Assembly: GCA_035553475.1 (NCBI GenBank)
Contig: DATNDQ010000014.1
Span: 7,350 to 71,349, forward strand
Source of the DNA: Gemmatimonadales bacterium
Lineage (GTDB): Bacteria; Gemmatimonadota; Gemmatimonadetes; Gemmatimonadales; GWC2-71-9
Reading direction: 5' to 3'
DNA: 64,000 bases
The first letter of the stretch is position 1, and every line of letters starts with the position of its first letter. Positions 55,954 through 64,000 of the stretch are shown in pieces. The notes beneath the pieces are model-generated. The model saw nothing but the letters and a program-made list of their open reading frames with translations, did no database searches and was not told the origin of the DNA. The position numbers and the translations under genes are program-made.

Positions 55954-58900
55954 AGCAGTTTCATCCCGCGGTGGAGCGCTGGTTCACCGGGCGCTTCCAC
56001 GAACCCACCGAGCCGCAACGCCGCGCCTGGCCCGCCATTCAAGCGGGCCGCGACGTCTTGATCGCCGCGCCCACCGGCTCCGGCAAGACCTTCGCTGCAT
56101 TTCTGTCGTCCATCAATTCGCTCCTGCAGCAGGGAGTGGACGGATCGCTCGACGACCAGATCCAGGTCCTCTACATCTCGCCGCTGAAGGCGCTCTCAAA
56201 CGACGTCCAGAAGAACCTGAGCGAGCCCCTGCTCGAGATCAGCCGCACCGCACTCGAGATGGGCTTGCCCGAGGTGACGCTGCGCACGTTGGTGCGCACC
56301 GGTGACACGCCGCAAGCGGAACGGCAGGCGATGCTCAGGGAGCCGCCCCACATCCTGGTGACGACTCCGGAGTCCCTGTACCTGCTCCTGACGTCCGAGA
56401 AGGCGCGCGGAATGTTGCGGACGGTGCGGACGGTGATCGTGGACGAGATCCACGCACTCGCGCGCGACAAGCGGGGGAGTCACCTGACCCTCTCACTGGA
56501 ACGGCTCGCCGCGCTCACCGGGCGCCCGCTCCAGCGCATCGGCCTGTCAGCCACGCAGAAGCCGATCGAAGAAATCGCCCAGTTCCTGGTCGGTACGGGC
56601 CGCCCGCTTCCCGACATCATCGACGCCGGGCACGCGCGCGAAATCGATCTCGCCGTCGAGCTCACCAGTTCTCCCCTGGAGGCCGTGATGTCGGGGGAGG
56701 TCTGGGGTGAGATCCACGAACGGCTGACGCAGCTGGTCCAGGAGCATCGGACCACGCTGATCTTCGTGAACACCAGGCGGATGGCCGAGCGATTGGCGAT
56801 GCACCTGTCGGAACGGCTGGGCGAGAACGCGGTGACCAGCCACCACGGGAGCCTGTCGAAGGAGACGCGCCTGGATGCCGAGCGCCGCCTCAAGGCGGGC
56901 GAGCTGAAGGCGCTGGTCGCCACGGCGTCCCTCGAGCTCGGGATCGACATCGGCACCGTAGACCTGGTCTGCCAGGTCGCGTCGACCCGGTCGATCGCGA
57001 CGCTGCTGCAGCGCGTGGGCCGCTCCGGCCATCACCTCAAAGCCATCCCGAAGGGCCGGCTCTTTCCCCTTTCGCGAGATGATCTGGCCGAGTGCGCCGC
57101 GCTCCTCCGCGCGGTGAAATCCGGGAAGCTGGACCGGCTGATCATCCCGGAGAAGCCGCTCGATATTCTGGCGCAGCAGATCGTGGCGGCGGTGGCGTGC
57201 GAGGAATGGGACGAGGGAGCGCTCTTCGAGTGGTTCCGCCGGGCCTATCCGTTCCGCAACCTGACTCGCGAAGAGTACGACTCCGTCGTCCTCACCCTTG
57301 CCGACGGCTACACCACCCGGCGCGGGCGGCGCGGGGCGCACCTCCATCGCGACGGCGTGCATGCCCGCCTGCGCGGCCGCCGCGGAGCCCGGCTCGCCGC
57401 CATCACCTCAGGTGGCGCCATCCCCGACATCGGCGACTACCGCGTGATCCTCGAGCCGACGGAGACTTTCGTCGGCACGCTCAACGAGGACTTCGCGATC
57501 GAGAGCTCGCCGGGCGACGTGTTCCAGCTCGGGAACGCTTCCTACCTCATTCTCCGGGTGGAATCGGGGCAGGTCCGGGTCGCCGACGCGAAGGGCCAGC
57601 CGCCGACGATCCCATTCTGGCTGGGCGAGGCACCGGCGCGCACCATCGAGCTGTCCGAGGAGGTTTCCCGCTACCGGGTGGATCTGGAGCCGCTGCTGGG
57701 CGACATCAATGCCGCCATCCAGTGGACGATCGACCAAACCGGGCTCTCCGAGCCCGCGGCGCGGCAGCTGGTTGAGTACCTGGCGGCGAGCAGGAAGGTG
57801 CTGGGATCCCTGCCCACCCAGGAAACCTTGATCCTGGAGCGCTTCTTCGACGAAGCAGGCGGGATGCAGCTGGTGCTCCACGCGCCTTTCGGTGCCCGCG
57901 TGAACAAGGCGTGGGGGCTCGCTCTCCGGAAGCGCTTCTGCCGGTCTTTCAACTTCGAGCTTCAGGCCGCCGCCACCGATGATGCCATCATCATCTCGCT
58001 CGGCCCCCATCACTCATTCGCGCTCGGCGATGTCTTCCACTATCTGAACTCGGGCACCGCGCGGGACCTCCTGGTTCAGGCGCTGCTCGATGCCCCCGTG
58101 TTCCAGAGCCGCTGGCGCTGGAATGCGACGCGGGCATTGGCCGTGCTCCGGGCGCGCGGTGGCAAGAAGGTCCCGACGCCCCTGCAACGCATGGAGGCCG
58201 AGGACCTCTCGGCAGCAGTGTTCCCCGACCAATTGGCGTGCCCGGAAAACCTGGTGGGTGACCGCGAGATCCCCGACCACCCGCTCGTGAAACAGACCAT
58301 CGAGGACTGTCTCACCGAAGCCATGGATTGCCCGGGTCTTCTCGAAGTCCTGCAGGGAATCGAGGCGGGGAGGTTCACGCTCGTCGCCCGCGACACCCCT
58401 GAACCCTCGCCGCTCACTCACGAGATCCTGAACGCCAAGCCCTACGCGTTCCTGGACGACGCCCCTCTCGAGGAGCGCCGCACGCAGGCCGTGCTCACTC
58501 GGCGCGGTCTCGACGTCCGCACCGCCGACGACCTCGGCTCCCTCGACCAGGGCGCCATCGATCGTGTGCGCGAAGAGGCATGGCCGGAGGCGCGCGATGC
58601 GGATGAGATGCATGACGTGCTGATGGTCGCAGGGTGCCTGAGGGAGCGGGAAGAGGGAAGCGGGAAGCGGGATACGTTTAACCCCCTCCTGGAAGGGCTC
58701 CGGCGCGAAGGCCGGGCCACGGTGATCGACGGGCCTGTCTTCCTTTGGGTGGCCACTGAAAAAGTCCCGATGCTCCAGGCCATCTTCCCGGGCGCGGCGA
58801 TCAATCCGCCGGTCCCGGTGCCCGAGCGCGAACGGGCGAAGACCTGGACCCGTGAAGACGGAATCCGCGAGATCGTCCGCGGGCGGCTCGAGATCGTCGG

Positions 58901-60263
58901 GCCGACGACCGCGGCCGAGTTGGCGAGGACGTTCGGGCTGGAGGTGTCGGACGTCGATTTCGGGTTGGGCGCGTTGGAACATGAGGGATTCGTACTCCGC
59001 GGGCATTTCTCGCCGGGAGTCACCGAGCTCGAGTGGTGTGAGCGCCGGCTGCTGGCTCGCGTCCACCGCTACACGCTGGACCGCCTGCGCCAGGAGATCG
59101 AGCCCGTTTCCGCCGCCGACTTCATGCGCTTCCTCCTTCGCTGGCAACGCCTCACCGAGGACACCCGTGCGCAGGGGCCCGAGGGACTCTCCGCGGTCCT
59201 CGACTTGCTCGACGGCTACGAACTCCCGGCCGCGGCGTGGGAGACCGAGGTCCTGCCCTCACGCATGGCGGACTACGATCCGCTCTGGCTCGACGGTCTC
59301 TGTCTCTCGGGGGAGATCGCGTGGAGCAGGCTGTCACAGCCGGCAGGGACGAATGGCGCACGGAAGTCGGGGCCCATTCGCACCTCACCCGTGTCGCTCT
59401 TCCGGCGCGACCGTGGCGACGTCTGGCGCGCCCTGAATGGCGCCGTCGACCCCAAGGAGTTGCCCCTGTCCCATTCGGCCCGCGCGGTGCTGGACACGCT
59501 CGACAAACGCGGGGCGTCGTTCTTCGGCGATCTGGTGAATGCGACAGGGGAGCTGCGCACGGAGGTCGAAAAGGGACTCGGCGAGCTCGTGGCGTGGGGA
59601 CTCGTGAGTGCGGATTCGTTCTCCGGGCTTCGGGCGCTGCTCGTGCCCTCGGACCGGCGCCGCCCAATCGGCGGGGCTGGTGCCGGCAGGCGGCGCGGCA
59701 AGGTCGCTCCCTTCGGCGTCGAGAACGCGGGTCGCTGGTCTCGCGTGCCCGGTGCCTCGCTGGTCCCCGCCGAGCAGCTGGTCGAGGCACTCGCGTGGCA
59801 GCTCCTCCGGCGGTACGGCGTCGTGTTCCGGCGCCTCGTGGAGCGCGAAGGATTCCTGGCACCGTGGCGTGACATTCTCCGCGTCTACCGGCGTCTCGAA
59901 GCGCGCGGCGAAATCCGCGGAGGCCGGTTTGTCGGCGGGTTCTCGGGTGAGCAATACGCGCTGCCGGAAGCGATCGGTCTGCTCCGCGCGGCGCGGAAGG
60001 AAGAACCCTCTGGCGTTCTCGTTTCGGTGTGTGGTGCCGATCCGATGAACCTGGTGGGGGTCATCACCCCCGGAGACCTGGTGCCCGCCCTGGCGACCAA
60101 CCGGGTTCTCCTGCGCGACGGGATTCCGGTCGCCGTTCAGGAAGGAGACGGGCGCTCGGTGAGGTTGCTGGTCGAGGCGTTGCCGGAAGAAGCGCAGCTT
60201 CTCCGCACCGCATTGGTGAGGCGACGGCCCACACCGTTGGTACGAGCGTACTTGGGACGTTAG
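55950..60263 (+). CDS. lhr: Lhr-like large DEAD/DEAH-box helicase
   Basis: GTG 55950 overlaps the ispH stop (GTGA). [46 protein letters not shown], and RVGRSGH. The ~1437 aa length fits the long Lhr class. Confidence 0.9.
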   Translation: MKQFHPAVERWFTGRFHEPTEPQRRAWPAIQAGRDVLIAAPTGSGKTFAAFLSSINSLLQQGVDGSLDDQIQVLYISPLKALSNDVQKNLSEPLLEISRTALEMGLPEVTLRTLVRTGDTPQAERQAMLREPPHILVTTPESLYLLLTSEKARGMLRTVRTVIVDEIHALARDKRGSHLTLSLERLAALTGRPLQRIGLSATQKPIEEIAQFLVGTGRPLPDIIDAGHAREIDLAVELTSSPLEAVMSGEVWGEIHERLTQLVQEHRTTLIFVNTRRMAERLAMHLSERLGENAVTSHHGSLSKETRLDAERRLKAGELKALVATASLELGIDIGTVDLVCQVASTRSIATLLQRVGRSGHHLKAIPKGRLFPLSRDDLAECAALLRAVKSGKLDRLIIPEKPLDILAQQIVAAVACEEWDEGALFEWFRRAYPFRNLTREEYDSVVLTLADGYTTRRGRRGAHLHRDGVHARLRGRRGARLAAITSGGAIPDIGDYRVILEPTETFVGTLNEDFAIESSPGDVFQLGNASYLILRVESGQVRVADAKGQPPTIPFWLGEAPARTIELSEEVSRYRVDLEPLLGDINAAIQWTIDQTGLSEPAARQLVEYLAASRKVLGSLPTQETLILERFFDEAGGMQLVLHAPFGARVNKAWGLALRKRFCRSFNFELQAAATDDAIIISLGPHHSFALGDVFHYLNSGTARDLLVQALLDAPVFQSRWRWNATRALAVLRARGGKKVPTPLQRMEAEDLSAAVFPDQLACPENLVGDREIPDHPLVKQTIEDCLTEAMDCPGLLEVLQGIEAGRFTLVARDTPEPSPLTHEILNAKPYAFLDDAPLEERRTQAVLTRRGLDVRTADDLGSLDQGAIDRVREEAWPEARDADEMHDVLMVAGCLREREEGSGKRDTFNPLLEGLRREGRATVIDGPVFLWVATEKVPMLQAIFPGAAINPPVPVPERERAKTWTREDGIREIVRGRLEIVGPTTAAELARTFGLEVSDVDFGLGALEHEGFVLRGHFSPGVTELEWCERRLLARVHRYTLDRLRQEIEPVSAADFMRFLLRWQRLTEDTRAQGPEGLSAVLDLLDGYELPAAAWETEVLPSRMADYDPLWLDGLCLSGEIAWSRLSQPAGTNGARKSGPIRTSPVSLFRRDRGDVWRALNGAVDPKELPLSHSARAVLDTLDKRGASFFGDLVNATGELRTEVEKGLGELVAWGLVSADSFSGLRALLVPSDRRRPIGGAGAGRRRGKVAPFGVENAGRWSRVPGASLVPAEQLVEALAWQLLRRYGVVFRRLVEREGFLAPWRDILRVYRRLEARGEIRGGRFVGGFSGEQYALPEAIGLLRAARKEEPSGVLVSVCGADPMNLVGVITPGDLVPALATNRVLLRDGIPVAVQEGDGRSVRLLVEALPEEAQLLRTALVRRRPTPLVRAYLGR

Positions 60264-60352
60264 GAAATCTTCAGACTTCGAGTAGCGGGCGGTTGCCGGA
60301 CGCGAAAAACGAGGCCCTTCCGCACATACTGTTAACGCGTTACGCTGATGTC

Positions 60353-60769
60353 ATGGAAAAGTTATCCGCTCGTCCCCCCGTCCTGCCCGAATCGGTGCTG
60401 CGCGACGCTGTCGCCCATCGGGTAACTGATCGGTCGCTTCGTCGCTGCGCCCGTGAGATCTCCATTTCGCCGAACGGCCTTCGCGACTTCCTGCATGGCG
60501 CCGCCCCGCGGCTGTCCACTCGCTCGAAGCTCGAACGCTGGCTCGCCGCCCAGACGCCCGACGAGAAAGCGCCCAACGTGGCGCATGTCGTCCGGCTGGT
60601 GGGCGACCTGACGGCCGAATTGTCGCCTTCCGATGGCGACAACCTCCGCCGGGAGATCACCCGCTACTTGAACGGCGCCTATGAGGCCCGGAAGCAGTCG
60701 GTTCCGAAGTGGCTCAAGGAGCTGTCGGAGCTCGACGCGGCAGCGGCGCGGCGCCTCAAGCTCGGCTGA
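60353..60769 (+). CDS. hypothetical protein, possible HTH
   Basis: ATG 60353 in ORF 60029..60769 (the upstream part is shadow). SLRRCAREISISPNGLRDFLHG looks like helix-turn-helix. The 3' end overlaps the radical SAM gene by 14 nt (convergent). Confidence 0.45.
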   Translation: MEKLSARPPVLPESVLRDAVAHRVTDRSLRRCAREISISPNGLRDFLHGAAPRLSTRSKLERWLAAQTPDEKAPNVAHVVRLVGDLTAELSPSDGDNLRREITRYLNGAYEARKQSVPKWLKELSELDAAAARRLKLG

Positions 60770-61886
60770 CCTCAGGCACCTTCAAATCGAGCTGTGCAAT
60801 GCGGGACCGGGAGCGATACCGGTCCCGCATTCCGTTATTGACCTCAAATCCATAGGCCTGCTGCAGCCTCTGAACGCGGCGGTTGAGCGCTTCCGCGTAT
60901 TCCCGGGGAGCGTTCGCCGCCCGCGCGTACGCCGTCCGGTAGCGCTCCGACAGCTCAGGGAAGTGTTCAGCCAGGACCGGCAGGAAACGGTCCCGGATCC
61001 CCGGATACATCCGGAGCGGGCTCGCGTGGATGAACCGCGCCCCCGCCTCGCGCGCGGCGCTGAAGAGGGCTTCGAGATGGGGAACGTCATCCGTGATGCC
61101 GGGAAGAACGGGGGCCACGATCAGCCCGGCGCGCACGCCGGCATCGGTGAGATGCTTCAGGCCGCGGAGCCGCGCGCGCGGCACGGGTGAACGCGCCTCG
61201 AGCGCGCGGATGACGTAGTCGTCGGTGGTGATCAGGGATACGTACACCTCGAGGTCGTTTCGCTCGGCAAGCTTGACCAGTACGTCCGCATCCCGGGCCA
61301 CGAGGGGGCTCTTGGTGATAATCCCCACGGAGAGCCCCTCGCACTGGGCGAGCCGTTCCAGGACACTTCTCGTGATCTTGAAAATCCGCTCCGCGGGCTG
61401 ATAAGGGTCCGTGGCGGTACCGATCACGATGGTGTCGGGTTCGGTTTTGGCGGGCGGGAGCGCCACGCGGCAGAACTTCCGCAGATCCTTCTCGAGCGCC
61501 TCGAGCAGATGGTCTTTCACGAAGATCCGGTTCTCGAACGCCTCCCATCCTTCGGTGCCCCGGTAGTCCGCGAACTCCTCGTCGGTCAGCCGTCCCTGGT
61601 CGTGGGCGCGCTCGACCGCGTACCGGTGCGCGAAGCGGGCGTAACAGTAGGTGCACCCGAACTCGCAGCCGACGTACGGATTGAGGGACCAGAAGTCCAT
61701 GCCGGTCTGGGCGGGGGAGTTCAGGACCGTGCGCGCCGAGTGGGCGACGAACCGGGTGCCGCGGAGCCTGGAGTCGAGTACCGGGAGCGGCTTCGGGCTC
61801 TGCGCAGGCAGTGGCAACAGCGGCAACTGGCATCCGTCGGCGGTCAGCAGGCGCTGATGTCTGACGTCTGATGTTTGACGTCTCAT
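60756..61886 (-). CDS. radical SAM protein, SplB / Rv2578c-like
   Basis: ATG 61886 in ORF 60756..61925. WSLNPYVGCEFGCTYCYARF (CxxxCxxC). Overall layout resembles COG1533-type DNA-repair radical SAM proteins. Confidence 0.8.
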   Translation of the reverse strand: MRRQTSDVRHQRLLTADGCQLPLLPLPAQSPKPLPVLDSRLRGTRFVAHSARTVLNSPAQTGMDFWSLNPYVGCEFGCTYCYARFAHRYAVERAHDQGRLTDEEFADYRGTEGWEAFENRIFVKDHLLEALEKDLRKFCRVALPPAKTEPDTIVIGTATDPYQPAERIFKITRSVLERLAQCEGLSVGIITKSPLVARDADVLVKLAERNDLEVYVSLITTDDYVIRALEARSPVPRARLRGLKHLTDAGVRAGLIVAPVLPGITDDVPHLEALFSAAREAGARFIHASPLRMYPGIRDRFLPVLAEHFPELSERYRTAYARAANAPREYAEALNRRVQRLQQAYGFEVNNGMRDRYRSRSRIAQLDLKVPEVSRA

Positions 61887-62109
61887 GCGCACCGCCCCCA
61901 CCCACACGACGGGCAGCTTTGGCAACCTGATTGGTGAACCACGGGCTCATTGCATTCAGGACAGCGGGCGACGGTGGTGGGAACGACGATGGGCTGAGAC
62001 ATTACGCGTCTCCGACGGTCTTCGGTATTTATTCGGGTCTACCTCCCGAAGCTACCGAGACGTCGGAGCCGCCGCCAGATGCAAGCGGAAGGTGTTACGG
62101 AATAACGTC

Positions 62110-63531
62110 TTAGGTCGCCACCGCTGACCTGCTGCGCGTCACAAAGTAGACCGGAATGCCGAGAGCGACGATGATCAGCCCGATTCCCGCGTACTTCGTT
62201 TGCGTGAACAAAAGATCGACGCAGAGCACGAGCGTCGAGACGAGATACAACCCCGGAATCCACGGATACCCCGGAGCCCGCACGGGCCGCTCGGCATCGG
62301 GCCGTCTCTTCCGCATCATGAACAAGCCGAGCGCCGTGCAGGCGTAGAAGAGCAGCTGGGCTGCGATGACGTAGGTCAACAGATCGTTGTAAGTGCCTGA
62401 GAGGCAGAGCACTGAGGTCCACAACGCCTGGATCCACAGGGCGAATTTCGGCGTCTGATACTTCGGATCCAGAGTGCCGGCTTTCTGGAAGAACAGGTTG
62501 TCCTTCGCCATCGCGTAGAACACGCGGGCACCCGAGAGAATCAGTCCGTTGTTGCACCCGAAAGTCGAGATCATGATGGCGCCCGCCATCAGGTAGAGTC
62601 CCGGGTCTCCGAACATGGCCTGCAGAGCCGCGGTCCCGACGCGATCCTGCGGCGCATGCGCAATCGAATCGCCGGGCAACGTCACCAAATACGCGACGTT
62701 GGCGAGCAGGTAGAGAATCGTGACCGTCAGCGTCCCCATCGCCATCGACAGGGGCAAATCCTTCTTCGGATTCTTCAGCTCCGAACCCGCGAATCCCACG
62801 TTATTCCACGAATCCATGGAAAAGAGCGATCCCACCATCGCGGAGCCGATGATCGGGAAGATCGCGAGCGTCAGGCCTTTCGCGGGCCAGAAATTGGCGC
62901 CGAAGTTCGCCGCGATCGCCGTGGCGTTCTTGCCGATCAACAGTCCGAGTACCACCAGCGCCGCGAGCGAGAGTGTCTTGACGATCGTGAGGGTCGTCTG
63001 GATGCGCGCGCCGGAGCGAACCCCGCGGGCGTTGATCCAGGTGAGTGCGATTACCGAAGCGATGGCGAGCAGGCGCTGCGGAGAAACCCCGATCGAAATC
63101 GGCCCCGAACCGAGATTGACGGTCGTGCCGAACCAGACGTCTGGAGACAAGCCGGGCCAGAAGATCGCGGTGAACTTGGCGAACGCGACGGCGACGGCGG
63201 CAATAGTGCCGGTCTGAATCACCGCGAAGAGCGTCCAGCCATAGAGATAGCCGAAGAGGGGCGAAATGCCTTCGCGGAGGTAGATGTACTGCCCCCCCGC
63301 GTTCGGGAACATCGCCGCGAGTTCGCCGTACGAAAGCGCGCCCATCAGCGTGATCACGCCGGACAGGGCCCAGACCAGGAGCATGACGCCCGGGCTCGAT
63401 ACCTGCCGCATGATGTCCGCGGAAACCAGGAAGATGCCCGACCCGATCATGGTGCCCACGACGAGGGCCGTGGCGTCGAGGCGGGTGATCTCCCTGCGGA
63501 ACTCCGTGTCCTGCTTCACACTGACACCCAT
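62110..63531 (-). CDS. APC-family amino acid permease
   Basis: N-terminus LDATALVVGTMIGSGIFLVSADI. 12 hydrophobic segments, 473 aa. Confidence 0.9.
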   Translation of the reverse strand: MGVSVKQDTEFRREITRLDATALVVGTMIGSGIFLVSADIMRQVSSPGVMLLVWALSGVITLMGALSYGELAAMFPNAGGQYIYLREGISPLFGYLYGWTLFAVIQTGTIAAVAVAFAKFTAIFWPGLSPDVWFGTTVNLGSGPISIGVSPQRLLAIASVIALTWINARGVRSGARIQTTLTIVKTLSLAALVVLGLLIGKNATAIAANFGANFWPAKGLTLAIFPIIGSAMVGSLFSMDSWNNVGFAGSELKNPKKDLPLSMAMGTLTVTILYLLANVAYLVTLPGDSIAHAPQDRVGTAALQAMFGDPGLYLMAGAIMISTFGCNNGLILSGARVFYAMAKDNLFFQKAGTLDPKYQTPKFALWIQALWTSVLCLSGTYNDLLTYVIAAQLLFYACTALGLFMMRKRRPDAERPVRAPGYPWIPGLYLVSTLVLCVDLLFTQTKYAGIGLIIVALGIPVYFVTRSRSAVAT

Positions 63532-63629
63532 CGGGTCTCCCCTTTCGGTCGGGCCCTAACCTAGTGGCTCCTCCCGGGGGCCGCTATGTTTTCCGCCATC
63601 GGTCCTCCCCTTCAGCCAATGAGGTCGTC

Positions 63630-64000
63630 GTGCGCCTGCTCCCTCGGGAAGAGGAATTTTTCGACCTATTCGCGGGTGTCGCCCAGCGCAACAAGGAGGC
63701 GGCCCACCTCCTCCGGCAGCTGTTCGACGCACCCCCGGACCGCCGGACCGCATCGGTCGAGGCCATCAAGAAACTCGAGCACGAGGCGGACCAGATCACC
63801 CACGAAGTAGTGAACCGCCTCGACCGCACCTTCATCACGCCGCTGGACCGCGAGGACATCCACCAGCTCGCGTCCGACCTGGACGACGTCATGGACGTGA
63901 TGGACGGCGTCGCGCGGCGCTCCCAGATCTTCCACGTCGGAGCGACGCCGGACGGGGTGAAGCAGCTCGCCGAGGTCATCGAGCGCATGGTGGGCGTGTT
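63630..64000 (+). CDS. DUF47 (PhoU-like, TIGR00153-type) protein, 5' part only
   Basis: Not in the ORF track (open to the window edge). GTG 63630: (M)RLLPREEEFFDLFAGVAQRNKEAAHLLRQLF...KKLEHEADQITHEVVNRLDRTFITPLDREDIHQLASDLDDVMD. This is the typical DUF47 start and helix pattern. Confidence 0.7.
   Translation, partial: MRLLPREEEFFDLFAGVAQRNKEAAHLLRQLFDAPPDRRTASVEAIKKLEHEADQITHEVVNRLDRTFITPLDREDIHQLASDLDDVMDVMDGVARRSQIFHVGATPDGVKQLAEVIERMVGV

Noticed and set aside
61885-62127. 80-aa and 60-aa plus-strand ORFs in the permease / radical SAM gap.
   Set aside because: Poor coding character, no start context, and the ORFs are embedded in a hairpin-rich intergenic region flanked by minus-strand genes.
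1-64000. Mobile elements, prophage, integrons, toxin-antitoxin or defence islands.
   Set aside because: I could find no transposase, integrase, recombinase or terminal inverted repeats, and no abrupt compositional island apart from short AT-rich promoter gaps. The helicases present (DEAH, Lhr) are housekeeping types without nuclease or methylase partners.

Overview
This is a GC-rich bacterial chromosomal segment with strong GC3 bias. It is very densely coding: about 52 protein genes called by hand. I can recognise no rRNA or tRNA, no CRISPR array, and no transposase, integrase or phage genes. The protein repertoire includes a fused E1 alpha/beta dehydrogenase, a TSP3-repeat OmpA, many secreted TPR/HEAT/Kelch proteins and peptidases, and a Ser/Thr kinase. 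GTG/TTG starts and 4-nt start/stop overlaps are frequent. Together this suggests a Gemmatimonadota-like soil lineage, but that is only a guess. Most of the content is housekeeping. Metabolism: glpD, fadA/fadJ-like beta-oxidation pair, proline dehydrogenase, fused 2-oxoacid dehydrogenase E1, pfkA, ispH, a domain-permuted aconitase-family enzyme, and a LOG plus deoxyhypusine-synthase-like pair. Proteostasis and peptidases: lon, S41, M28, M14. Nucleic-acid enzymes: rsgA, a DEAH helicase, lhr, an SplB-like radical SAM protein. Envelope and secreted proteins and a few regulators make up the rest. The clearest find is an SelW/Rdx-family selenoprotein gene absent from the ORF track (47585..47818). 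It has an in-frame TGA exactly at the CxxU redox position, a candidate SECIS hairpin, and a GTGA overlap with pfkA. Other items worth a second look:
- A His-Pro / Met-Pro dipeptide-repeat tail on a secreted HEAT-repeat protein.
- A sigma-54-type promoter plus a three-hairpin leader in the 371-nt gap upstream of lon.
- An 8-nt tandem repeat between lon and a TetR gene.
- A perfect 14-bp inverted repeat over the start codon of a TrmB-like regulator, in a translationally coupled TrmB / hydrolase / TetR operon behind an unknown 370-aa protein.
- A polytopic GAF-MCP sensor with no che genes in the window.
- A zinc-ribbon metallopeptidase coupled to an MFS transporter.
I see no convincing multi-gene novel system. 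All start codons and coordinates were worked out by eye, and family names come from motif recognition, not from searches.
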